From NCBI GenBank assembly GCA_016217555.1, contig JACRHW010000023.1, positions 466 to 64,465 on the forward strand: a stretch of DNA of 64,000 nucleotides. Direction: 5' to 3'. The stretch's first letter is position 1. The number at the start of each line of letters is the position of its first letter. Under the pieces are notes generated by a model. The model worked only from the letters and a program-made list of their open reading frames with translations, did not search any database and had not been told where the DNA came from. This DNA is from Parcubacteria group bacterium (lineage in GTDB: Bacteria > Patescibacteriota > Minisyncoccia > UBA6257 > JACRHW01). Positions 28,805 through 37,541 of this stretch are shown here, piece by piece. The position numbers and the translations under genes were made by a program.

Positions 28805-29443
28805 TTACGAAGAGGTTAATTCCTCATATGCCTTCATCGGATCCTCATTGCTGGTAATATAAGAGGCGGATATCAAAATATTAGCTCCCGCCTCTTTTAC
28901 CAATTTTGCTGTTTTTCCATTAATTCCCCCATCTACTTCTATTATAACACTCGGAAATTGGTTGCGCAGTGTACGAATTTTTCCTAATGACTCCTCACCA
29001 AACTTCTGCCCAGGAGCCCCAGGAATTACAGTAAGTACCTGGATAAGATTAAGTTCTTCAATATACGGAACAACAGTTTCTGTGCTACACGATGGCTCAA
29101 GCGAAATGCCCACCTCAACCTCCCTCTCTTTGCATTGTTTAATTACCTCTTCGGCATTATCTGTAGCACTTACGTGAAAAAGGATTCTCTCCACGCACGG
29201 CTGTAACCACTCCTTAATATATGATTCAGGATTTTTAATCATAAGGTGTATCTCAAAAAGAGGTGTTTCTCCAAACTCCTTTAACTCTCCTGGCGTATTC
29301 CACAATGGATATGTACTAAATTTCCCATCGGTAACATCAAGATGGTATAACCCTTTATGCTTAGGAAGCGCACTCTTAAAAAAAGCAAGCTGCTCTCTCA
29401 CTTCACCAATATTTTTTGCATTAATTCCTGGAATAACTTGCAT
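28805..29443 (-). CDS. rpe: Ribulose-phosphate 3-epimerase
   Basis: HLDVTDGKF, EVDGGINGKTAKLVKEAGANILISASYI, and TIM-barrel pattern. Confidence 0.85.
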   Translation of the reverse strand: MQVIPGINAKNIGEVREQLAFFKSALPKHKGLYHLDVTDGKFSTYPLWNTPGELKEFGETPLFEIHLMIKNPESYIKEWLQPCVERILFHVSATDNAEEVIKQCKEREVEVGISLEPSCSTETVVPYIEELNLIQVLTVIPGAPGQKFGEESLGKIRTLRNQFPSVIIEVDGGINGKTAKLVKEAGANILISASYITSNEDPMKAYEELTSS

Positions 29444-29529
29444 ACGTGTATTTTGTATCTAGTATTTTGTATCTAGTATGCATCCGCCCAAAAACAAACC
29501 AATACTAAATACAAGATACACAATACTAG

Positions 29530-29973
29530 CTACTTAATATCCAATTTTTCTATTCTTCTCTCGTGTCGCTCTTCGCCTGAAAAAGGAAGAGAAAGCCAAA
29601 GAGTGATCATGCTTATTGCTTCGTCTTCGGTAAGAAAACGGACGCCCAAGGAAAGAACGTTTGCATCATTATGTTCACGAGAAAGCTTTATAATTTCGTG
29701 ATTACCGCCATAGTACACAGTTGCCCGTATACCTGACACTCGATTCGCTACCATCGCTTCACCCTGTCCTGAACCACCAAGGATAATTCCCCTACTTTCT
29801 TTATCCTGTGCAACAGCTTCGGCCACAGGACGAATAAAATCAGGATAATCATCGTCGGGATCCAAAGAAAAAGCACCAAAGTCTTTCACCTCGTGTCCCT
29901 TCTCGAGAAGAAAAGTTTTTATCTTCTCCTTAAGTTCAAACCCAGCATGATCAGTACCCAAATATATCTTCAT
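29530..29973 (-). CDS. rpiB: Ribose-5-phosphate isomerase B
   Basis: MKIYLGTDHAGFELKEKI, GIILGGSGQGEAMVANRV, and RpiB/LacAB family pattern. Confidence 0.85.
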   Translation of the reverse strand: MKIYLGTDHAGFELKEKIKTFLLEKGHEVKDFGAFSLDPDDDYPDFIRPVAEAVAQDKESRGIILGGSGQGEAMVANRVSGIRATVYYGGNHEIIKLSREHNDANVLSLGVRFLTEDEAISMITLWLSLPFSGEERHERRIEKLDIK

Positions 29974-30074
29974 AAGATGAACATACTAATATACGAATTA
30001 TACTAATACGTACTAATACCTTTCGTATTCGTAACCATTCGTATCATTTGCATTGATTCGTATATTGGTATTAT
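29974..30074 (-). promoter_or_regulatory. Shared leader module upstream of rpiB (20-nt cassette with 4-codon uORF + TACGAA repeats/palindrome)
   Basis: The 20-mer AAGATGAACATACTAATATA (plus strand) is identical at 29974-29993, 31089-31108 and 32711-32730. ~85 further nt are shared with the gap upstream region. Confidence 0.6.
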
Positions 30075-31088
30075 TTATAGTATTTCTCCTGCCTTCAATA
30101 CATGTTGTACAAGCGTTGAAGCATATCCCCACTCATTGTCGTACCACGAAAGTATCTTTACCAAATCTCCATCGATTACTTTTGTAAATTGCAAATCCAC
30201 AATAGCACCATACGATTCCCCCACGATATCGGACGAAACAAGCTGGTCATTACTTACCTTTAAAATATTCTGCCAACGAGGCTCTGAAGCTGCTTTCGTT
30301 AAAATTACATTCACCTCCTCTACTGTTGTCTTTCTCTTTGCTAAAAAAGTGATATCCGCAAGTGAGCCCGCCACCACAGGAATACGCAATGCGATCCCAT
30401 CAAACTTATTATTAAGTTCTGGGATTGCCCGAGCAACCGCAATCGCTGCTCCTGTTGTAGATGGTGCAATATTCTGCCCCGCAGCGCGGCCACGCCTAAA
30501 GTCTTTACCCTTCGTTGGCCCATCAACAAGGTTTTGTGTTGCTGTATATGCGTGTACCGTGCTTAACACCGCCTTTTCTATCCCTATCGCCTCTGACAAC
30601 ACAGCAATCACAGGAGAAGTAGCATTTGTTGTACACGATCCATTTGAGGTAATAGTACAAGAACTCATGTTGGTATCATTCACCCCCATAAGAATTGTTT
30701 TTCCTCCAGCAGTACCTTCTTCGTCCTTTGCCGGTGCGGTGATCACCACCCGCTTTGCCCCAGCATCCAAATGCACTTTTGCTTTTTCAAATGATTCAAA
30801 TACCCCTGTCGATTCCACCGCAACATCAATACCCATATCCTTCCACGGAAGTTGCATAGGATCTTTAATTTGAAGCACTTTTATTACCACCCCATCTACC
30901 ACCAAATTTCCATCTACCACCTCAACATTTTTATCATAACGACCGTACACTGTATCAAATTTCAAAAGATAGGCGAGATTCTCTACATCCCCAAGATCAT
31001 TAATCGCAATAACATTCGCCTTTCCATGAAGCTGGCGAAACAAAAGCCGCCCAATACGCCCAAAACCATTTATAGCTACATTAATCAT
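30075..31088 (-). CDS. gap: Glyceraldehyde-3-phosphate dehydrogenase (type I)
   Basis: MINVAINGFGRIGR NAD-binding motif and active-site SCTTN. Confidence 0.9.
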   Translation of the reverse strand: MINVAINGFGRIGRLLFRQLHGKANVIAINDLGDVENLAYLLKFDTVYGRYDKNVEVVDGNLVVDGVVIKVLQIKDPMQLPWKDMGIDVAVESTGVFESFEKAKVHLDAGAKRVVITAPAKDEEGTAGGKTILMGVNDTNMSSCTITSNGSCTTNATSPVIAVLSEAIGIEKAVLSTVHAYTATQNLVDGPTKGKDFRRGRAAGQNIAPSTTGAAIAVARAIPELNNKFDGIALRIPVVAGSLADITFLAKRKTTVEEVNVILTKAASEPRWQNILKVSNDQLVSSDIVGESYGAIVDLQFTKVIDGDLVKILSWYDNEWGYASTLVQHVLKAGEIL

Positions 31089-31202
31089 AAGATGAACATA
31101 CTAATATACAAATTATACTAATAATACGAATACGTACTAATACCTTTCGTATTCGTAACCATTCGTATCATTTGCATTGATTCGTATATTGGTATAGTAT
31201 AC
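31089..31202 (-). promoter_or_regulatory. Shared leader module upstream of gap (cassette + TACGAATACG-N13-CGTATTCGTA palindrome + TACGAA direct repeats + TATAAT box)
   Basis: Near-identical to 29974-30074. Perfect 10-bp inverted repeat at 31125-31156. Confidence 0.6.
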
Positions 31203-32144
31203 TTATTTATTATACATCAAATAATCATATATATTGAGGACTGCCCTTATCGCATCTCCTGCCGCAATATTATTCTGTTTATACTTCAAATTTGTAACAT
31301 CTCCTGCTGCCCAAATTCCCTGCATTGATGTTTTTCCATATACATCAACCTCTATTTCTCCATAAGGAGTCGTAGCTGCCACATCTTTTACAAGTTCAGA
31401 ATTAGGGAGACTTCCAATTTCAATAAAAACACCTTGTACATCAAGATGATGAGTTTCTCTCGTGGTGAGCTTGTCGAATCCATTGGTTGTTGTATCTACA
31501 TAAACAAGTTCGTTTACAAAAGAATCACCAATAATTTCTAAAGTCGTGGCATTAAAAATAACTTCCACTTTTGGATCCTGCATAATGCGTTCCTGCGTTA
31601 CCGCATCACCCTTCAGCGCCCCACTACGTTGCAGAAGATATATCTTTGTCGCATATGGTAACAAGTCTATCACAGCCTCCAAACCCGCATTTCCACCCCC
31701 TACCACAGCAACCACTTTTCCACCAAAGAGGGGCGCATCACAAATACTACAATAGGCAACCCCTTTTCCATCAAACTCTTTTTCTCCTTTCACCCCAAGC
31801 TTTCTTCTTCTTCCTCCAGTCGTGATAAGTACCGTCTTTGTCTCATAGCGTTTTCCACCCTCTGTCATCGCAACAAAAACATCTCCTTCTTTAGATACTG
31901 TCTTTATAAGCTCACCCGTCTCTATCTCAATATCCTCCTGTGCACGTAAATGCGTCTCAAAAGATTGAGCTAAATCATATCCGGAAATAGATGGAGTCCC
32001 TATCCAGTTTTGAATATCCTGAGATACGATTGACTGCCCCCCAAAACTTTCTGCAACCAAAAGTGTTTTAATCTTTTTTCGCGCCGCATACACACCCGCT
32101 GCAGATGCGGCAGGTCCTCCCCCGATAATAATAAGATCGTACAT
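31203..32144 (-). CDS. trxB: Thioredoxin-disulfide reductase
   Basis: GGGPAASAAGVYAAR FAD motif, redox-active CSICDAPLF, and GGGNAGLEA NADPH motif. Confidence 0.85.
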   Translation of the reverse strand: MYDLIIIGGGPAASAAGVYAARKKIKTLLVAESFGGQSIVSQDIQNWIGTPSISGYDLAQSFETHLRAQEDIEIETGELIKTVSKEGDVFVAMTEGGKRYETKTVLITTGGRRRKLGVKGEKEFDGKGVAYCSICDAPLFGGKVVAVVGGGNAGLEAVIDLLPYATKIYLLQRSGALKGDAVTQERIMQDPKVEVIFNATTLEIIGDSFVNELVYVDTTTNGFDKLTTRETHHLDVQGVFIEIGSLPNSELVKDVAATTPYGEIEVDVYGKTSMQGIWAAGDVTNLKYKQNNIAAGDAIRAVLNIYDYLMYNK

Positions 32145-32174
32145 ATTTATTTAGTGCCTGAGCCCGTCGAAGGC

Positions 32175-32456
32175 CTACCATTTACCCCATTCACCTTGAA
32201 TAAGTTTTTCTTTCTTTCGTCGCGTCCATCTTTTAATTTGTTTCTCCCTCCTCCTTGCTTCGTCTAAATTATTATATTCCTCGAGGTATACTACTCGTAC
32301 AGGTTTATGTTTTTCTGTATATACCGAACCTATTCTTGATAGGTGCTGCATCCATCTTGTGTCAGGTTGCGAAGTCAATCCAGTATAATAACTCTCATCT
32401 ATACATTCGATGATATAAACATACCATTTCCATTCCATAAGGTACCCCTTCGACAA
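32175..32456 (-). CDS. GIY-YIG nuclease-domain small protein
   Basis: YVYIIEC.DESYYTGLTS...R..QH GIY-YIG core. 93 aa with a basic C-terminal tail. Confidence 0.65.
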   Translation of the reverse strand: MSKGYLMEWKWYVYIIECIDESYYTGLTSQPDTRWMQHLSRIGSVYTEKHKPVRVVYLEEYNNLDEARRREKQIKRWTRRKKEKLIQGEWGKW

Positions 32457-32482
32457 GCTCAGGGAATATAATTTTATAGTAA

Positions 32483-32710
32483 CTAGATTCTAAGGAGTTC
32501 TCTAAGCTTCCCTTCATTAAATCCAATAACAATTTCTCCGTCGACATCAATAACGGGCACCCCAAGCTGGCCTGATTTATCTACCATAGCCTTCCGCGCC
32601 TCGAGATCTTCGAGAACATTTGTCTCTTTATATTCAACGTTATTCTTTGTAAAAAATTCTTTTGCCTTTTTACAATAAACACATGTGGGTGTTGTATAGA
32701 TAGTTATCAT
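32483..32710 (-). CDS. Glutaredoxin-like protein (NrdH/Grx, CxxC)
   Basis: MITIYTTPTCVYCKKAKEFF thioredoxin fold. 75 aa. Confidence 0.7.
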   Translation of the reverse strand: MITIYTTPTCVYCKKAKEFFTKNNVEYKETNVLEDLEARKAMVDKSGQLGVPVIDVDGEIVIGFNEGKLRELLRI

Positions 32711-32730
32711 AAGATGAACATACTAATATA

Positions 32731-33468
32731 TTATTTTTTTAATGCTGTCTCTATCTCTTTTTGGAGCACAGAGAAGGGAACCGCACCTACCACTAATTTC
32801 CCATTAATAAAGAATGATGGAGTGCCCTGCACACCAGCATCCAAGCCATCCTTCACATCCTTAGCCACCTCATCAGCGTACTTGTGTGTATCAAGGCACG
32901 CATTAAACTGTATCTCTCTCATCCCCAACTCCTTTCCCCACTTTTTGAGATCGGCTACCGTTGCCACGCCATTTTTCTGCTCTCCAAAAATTTTGTCATG
33001 CATTTCCCAAAATTTTCCCTGTTCATGCGCACACTCCCCAGCCTCTGCATACGTTTGCGCCATTTCATGAATGGCAAGTGGAAAATCACGATACACCAAC
33101 TTCACTTTACCCGTATCGATATACCCACTCTTTATCTGAGGAAATGTTTCATTAAAAAACTTGCCACAAAATGGACATTGAAAGTCGCTAAATTCTACGA
33201 TCGTAACGGGAGCATTGGCATCTCCCAATATGGGATCGTCATCGGGTAACTTAACAACATCGATCGGGGCAGTTTGAGTGTTTTGCGCTCCAATTGCCGC
33301 AAGATTATTGTTACCACCCCGCGAGGCTACGCCTGGATTATTGGTTGCATAATATACACCTGAAAATATCACACCCACAGCAAGAATCGAAGAAGCAATC
33401 ACAAATGCCCCATTACCTAAATTGTTATTCTGTCTCCCACCAGACGCAGATGATGTTTCTTCCTCCAT
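32731..33468 (-). CDS. DsbA-family thiol:disulfide oxidoreductase (membrane-anchored/secreted)
   Basis: N-terminal hydrophobic anchor. FSDFQCPFCGKFF (CPFC) active site. Confidence 0.75.
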   Translation of the reverse strand: MEEETSSASGGRQNNNLGNGAFVIASSILAVGVIFSGVYYATNNPGVASRGGNNNLAAIGAQNTQTAPIDVVKLPDDDPILGDANAPVTIVEFSDFQCPFCGKFFNETFPQIKSGYIDTGKVKLVYRDFPLAIHEMAQTYAEAGECAHEQGKFWEMHDKIFGEQKNGVATVADLKKWGKELGMREIQFNACLDTHKYADEVAKDVKDGLDAGVQGTPSFFINGKLVVGAVPFSVLQKEIETALKK

Positions 33469-33558
33469 AAAAAAATAAAATTAATTAATAACAGCCAAAA
33501 GAATACCTCAGTATATCAACGAATATATACTGTTGCAAATAATCAAAGGTAGCACGCT

Positions 33559-33597
33559 CCTGTTGTCCCACAAGCGATAACAGTATACAATACCCGT
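33559..33597 (+). promoter_or_regulatory. Candidate promoter for prfA giving a leaderless or near-leaderless mRNA (TTGTCC - 17 nt - TACAAT - ACCCGT - ATG)
   Basis: Hexamers read in sequence. The -10 ends 6 nt before the ATG, and no SD is present. Confidence 0.35.
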
Positions 33598-34644
33598 ATG
33601 CCAGAAATACAAGAATATAAAGAAAAATATGATGAATTGAGCAGTAAGGTACTGTCTCTTTCCTCACGCCCCGATTTGGAAGAATTTAAAACAACATCAA
33701 AAGCACTTTCAAAATTAGGAAAACTCATTGCGCTTCTCGAAAAAAGAGAAAGCAAAGAAAAAGAACTTACAGAACTCCAAGCTCTTATCGCAGGAGAAAC
33801 AAACTCTGAATTTCTCGAAATGGCAGAAAAGGAAAAAAGTAGTATTGAAAAAGAAATTGAAACCCTCAATGAGCTTATCGACGTGGAAGAACACGGGAAA
33901 AAAGAAGCCATCAATGCCATTATCATGGAACTACGTGCTGGAGCAGGTGGAGACGAAGCCTCTCTTTTTGCTATGGAATTGATGCGTATGTATCAACGCT
34001 ATGCGGTAAAAAAGAAATGGGATTTCACCATCGTCGACGAACACAACACCGATCTTGGTGGCATCAAAGAAGCTACCGTCGAAATACATGGAGATAATGT
34101 TTACAACGAATTAAAATCAGAATCGGGCGTTCATAGAGTACAACGCACCCCAGACACAGAAAAGGCGGGTAGGATACACACCTCAACCGCATCAGTTGCC
34201 ATACTTCCTGTCACAGAGACATCCACTATCACCATAAACACAAACGACCTTGATATCAGCTTCTTCCGTTCATCAGGGCCTGGAGGTCAAAACGTAAACA
34301 AGGTAGAAACGGCTGTTCGTATTCTTCATAAACCAACTGGTATCGTAGTAAGCTCACAGTCTGAACGTTTTCAGGCAAAAAACAAGGAAAAAGCAATGAA
34401 AATCCTCGAGGTAAAACTGCAAGAACGTAAAAATGAAGAGGATGCCTCAGAACTCTCGAGCGAACGAAAGAAACAAATTGGTTCTCAAGACCGTTCCGAA
34501 AAAATAAGAACATACAACTTTCCTCAAGATAGAATCACCGATCATCGGATTAATCAAAATTGGCATAACATTGAATCCATCATGGAGGGCAACATAGAGC
34601 CCATCATCGAAGCATTTAGAAACCAAACATCTCAATCATCCTAA
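33598..34644 (+). CDS. prfA: Peptide chain release factor 1
   Basis: GGQ motif (SGPGGQNVNKVETAVRILH), RF1-type P(D)T tripeptide context RVQRTPDTEKAGRIHTS, and 348-aa length. Confidence 0.85.
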   Translation: MPEIQEYKEKYDELSSKVLSLSSRPDLEEFKTTSKALSKLGKLIALLEKRESKEKELTELQALIAGETNSEFLEMAEKEKSSIEKEIETLNELIDVEEHGKKEAINAIIMELRAGAGGDEASLFAMELMRMYQRYAVKKKWDFTIVDEHNTDLGGIKEATVEIHGDNVYNELKSESGVHRVQRTPDTEKAGRIHTSTASVAILPVTETSTITINTNDLDISFFRSSGPGGQNVNKVETAVRILHKPTGIVVSSQSERFQAKNKEKAMKILEVKLQERKNEEDASELSSERKKQIGSQDRSEKIRTYNFPQDRITDHRINQNWHNIESIMEGNIEPIIEAFRNQTSQSS

Positions 34645-34649
34645 AAAAC

Positions 34650-36149
34650 TTATTCGTCCAAGATATCGATATCTTTTTGGAATGCTTGTGCACGATCGGC
34701 AACACGATACCCATACGATCCCACACGCATATACGATCTCCAGCTATTCCCCGCATAATATTTTGCAGCGGCACAATTCTCCTGTGAAAATTGTGTAGAA
34801 TATGATGACACGCACCCAGAAAGTCCATTCTTTAGATATAATGCCGTCCCCGTAAACGCATCGAGGTTGTTAAAGGGAGAGGGCGGATTTCCTCCGGTGA
34901 TTTTTGCAATCCTATCAGCATAGAGCTTCCACGTACTCGGCATAAACTGTGCAGGCCCCATCGCCCCACCATATAACCCATCAGAGGTAATAGGGCACGA
35001 TACGGGGGTGTTATCTGGATTAAGTTTCAAATCTGCAATAAGTGCTAAAAAAATAGGTTTCTCCTTATCGCTCATTACGGTACCACTTGGATTATTTCTC
35101 GGATCATTATAAACGCAACGCCCTACGTTTTTACCAATGATACCGCTCGCAGAAGATTCTTGGGTAAGCACCGATAGAGTAAGTGCCGCTCGTACCCCCG
35201 TTGCCTTTTCAGCTACTTTTGCAATTTTTACTGCATCACCAAAGGGAAGCTCTCCCCCACCAAGAAGACGGAAAATTCTACTACGAATCTCTGCGGCTTT
35301 TACTTTTGTCTCTTTGAGTATTTTTTGATACTCGGACTCCTTTCCTTTTGTAACCTTCAGAAGTTCATGCTTTGTCTCTTGGGTTTTTTCGATAGTCATC
35401 TTTTGTGTCGCCTGGTACGTTCGGAGAGCTGCAGCATCCTTTCGCTCGAGAGACAATGTTTGTTTTTGATCTACATATTGGTCCTTAAGATCTACGTAAC
35501 GTCCAAGTGCAGCATGTAAATTATTCTGAACAAGAACAAGATTATTTAAGTCACCAAAAAAATCAGATAGCTGAGGATTTTCCAAAACAATTTCAAAAAA
35601 AGACTGCCGCCCCCCCTCATAGATACTTTGCAAGATGTCCCCAAGGGCACGTTTTTCAAAACCTATCTTATCCTCTGTCTGCACAATATCTCCCTCCGTG
35701 TTTCTAATCTCCCTATCAAGGGACTTAATGCTTACAGTAACTGCTTTAATTTGAAGATTAATCTTTGCAATTTGTGTGTTGAGTTGACTAATCTCCGACT
35801 GAAGATTGTTTCCCTGTTTTTTATAACGTTCGATGGCCGCTTCATGCTCCGAAATTTGTTTTTCTAAGTCAACAAGTTGTGCTTCAAGCACAGAACGTTC
35901 CTGCGCATAATTTTGAGAAAATACCGCAGTAGGAGCAACCACGAAATTCCGGAGAGAAAGGATCGCCACAACAACGATAACAAAAAAAGATTTCTCAAGG
36001 ATTCTGCTAAGATACGAAGAAAAAGCCCGTGTCTTAGGCCTCTTTGAAACGATAAAAACCGGTGGATTAACTCCTCCGAGCTTTGTCCTTTTTATATCAA
36101 TAAGTATGGTTGGTTTCTGCGGTTCTTCCAACATAAAAATACACAACAC
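34650..36149 (-). CDS. Membrane-anchored coiled-coil protein with C-terminal lytic transglycosylase (SLT/MltB-like) domain
   Basis: N-terminal TM, long heptad-rich region, and C-terminal YGGAMGPAQFMPSTW transglycosylase motif. Confidence 0.65.
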   Translation of the reverse strand: MLCIFMLEEPQKPTILIDIKRTKLGGVNPPVFIVSKRPKTRAFSSYLSRILEKSFFVIVVVAILSLRNFVVAPTAVFSQNYAQERSVLEAQLVDLEKQISEHEAAIERYKKQGNNLQSEISQLNTQIAKINLQIKAVTVSIKSLDREIRNTEGDIVQTEDKIGFEKRALGDILQSIYEGGRQSFFEIVLENPQLSDFFGDLNNLVLVQNNLHAALGRYVDLKDQYVDQKQTLSLERKDAAALRTYQATQKMTIEKTQETKHELLKVTKGKESEYQKILKETKVKAAEIRSRIFRLLGGGELPFGDAVKIAKVAEKATGVRAALTLSVLTQESSASGIIGKNVGRCVYNDPRNNPSGTVMSDKEKPIFLALIADLKLNPDNTPVSCPITSDGLYGGAMGPAQFMPSTWKLYADRIAKITGGNPPSPFNNLDAFTGTALYLKNGLSGCVSSYSTQFSQENCAAAKYYAGNSWRSYMRVGSYGYRVADRAQAFQKDIDILDE

Positions 36150-36237
36150 AACCTTCCGCTACCACAAGGAAGTTATATATAGTATACCAAAAAAATAACC
36201 AATATGCACAAAAACGAAAGAATCAAAATCCACGAAA

Positions 36238-36711
36238 CTATCGCGTAATACTAATCGCCACATTGGATTCTGCATGAGGCGCAGAAACAATAATATGATT
36301 GTTGGGTGTTTTTGAGATGCTATAACCAGTACTGTTTGAAGTAGTAAACAAAGGGTCTTTCGGAAGAATAAGAAGATAGGTGCCGTCTTTAGTGAGAAGA
36401 GAAAGGTCAACGAGGTTGGAACACGACCCCACCGTTGCGCATACCTCAGTAGGAACTTCTGTAATTGCTGGAGGAAAAACGTGGTCGTGATCTATTGCAT
36501 AGCGATACACGGCATTGAGTATCGTCGTTACGTCTGTATCCCGTTTTTCATTACGTGTTGTAGCAGATTGCGATGGAGACTTGAGAATGAATACGATAAC
36601 CACCGCACACACAAAAAGAAAGAAAAAAGTGATGAGAAAAGAATGCAATCTTGATTTTTCTTGAGAAGATGAACCCATACTACAACAGTGTACCACGGAA
36701 TCAAAAAACAC
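36238..36711 (-). CDS. Hypothetical membrane-anchored secreted protein
   Basis: ORF with one N-terminal hydrophobic helix. No motif recognized. The start codon is uncertain. Confidence 0.4.
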   Translation of the reverse strand: MFFDSVVHCCSMGSSSQEKSRLHSFLITFFFLFVCAVVIVFILKSPSQSATTRNEKRDTDVTTILNAVYRYAIDHDHVFPPAITEVPTEVCATVGSCSNLVDLSLLTKDGTYLLILPKDPLFTTSNSTGYSISKTPNNHIIVSAPHAESNVAISITR

Positions 36712-36749
36712 GCCTTGTGTACAAAACGTGTTTCTGGATTCAGGATAGT

Positions 36750-37430
36750 TTACTCCTCTTCCTTTGTTTTCTCCTCTTCTCGTTGTGCCTTCTTCTCCTC
36801 CGTCTCCACCTTCACCGCCTCGACTCCACCAGTGCCTTCCCCCTCCATCTCTTTCATCTCCTCCTCACTCAAAGGTTCAGAGACTGATACAAGTACCATT
36901 TCGGGATCAGTTACTAAAGTTACCCCTTCAGGCAACGCAATATCTTTTGCATGAATCTGACTATCAAATGTTGTAAGAGAGGCGAGGGAGACGGTAATCT
37001 CGTGGGGAAGGTGCTGTGGTAACGCCTCTACCTCAATTTCAGAAGCCACCTTGATGATAATACCGTGGAGTTCCTCCTCAACGGGGGCCACATCGACGAA
37101 TTCAATAGGTACCATCGCCTGAGTTACTTCATCAAGTGCTACCGCGTATAAATCAACGTGCAATATAGTACGTGTAATTGCATCCTCAAGCACATCATGA
37201 ATAAGCACGGGTGTCTTCTCCTCCTTTCCCTCATTATTGGTAACAACAATTTCAACAAGTGTGTTCTCGCCCGCTTCTTTATACATCTTCAAAAAGGCCT
37301 TTCCTTCAAGCGTTAAGTTGGTAGTGGCAATCTTGTTGCCATACAGCACCGCCGGCACAAAACCCGCTCGCCTTAATGTAGCAACTGGTTTCCCCACCAC
37401 CTCTCGTTTTGATGCATTAAGCGTCAACAT
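36750..37430 (-). CDS. rplY: 50S ribosomal protein L25 / general stress protein Ctc, with acidic C-terminal extension
   Basis: MLTLNASKREVVGKPVATLRRAGFVPAVLYG matches the L25 N-terminus. The start is placed at the internal Met (37430) rather than the track start 37499. The Glu-rich tail is typical of Ctc-form L25. Confidence 0.75.
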   Translation of the reverse strand: MLTLNASKREVVGKPVATLRRAGFVPAVLYGNKIATTNLTLEGKAFLKMYKEAGENTLVEIVVTNNEGKEEKTPVLIHDVLEDAITRTILHVDLYAVALDEVTQAMVPIEFVDVAPVEEELHGIIIKVASEIEVEALPQHLPHEITVSLASLTTFDSQIHAKDIALPEGVTLVTDPEMVLVSVSEPLSEEEMKEMEGEGTGGVEAVKVETEEKKAQREEEKTKEEE

Positions 37431-37541
37431 ACAATAAGTACTTACCTTGTTAGCTTTTATATAGTGTTTAACTGTAGCAAAATTTATCTCATGCGTCAAA
37501 TTTAAAAAGCGCCCTTAGACGCTTGTGTATATTTATTTTTA

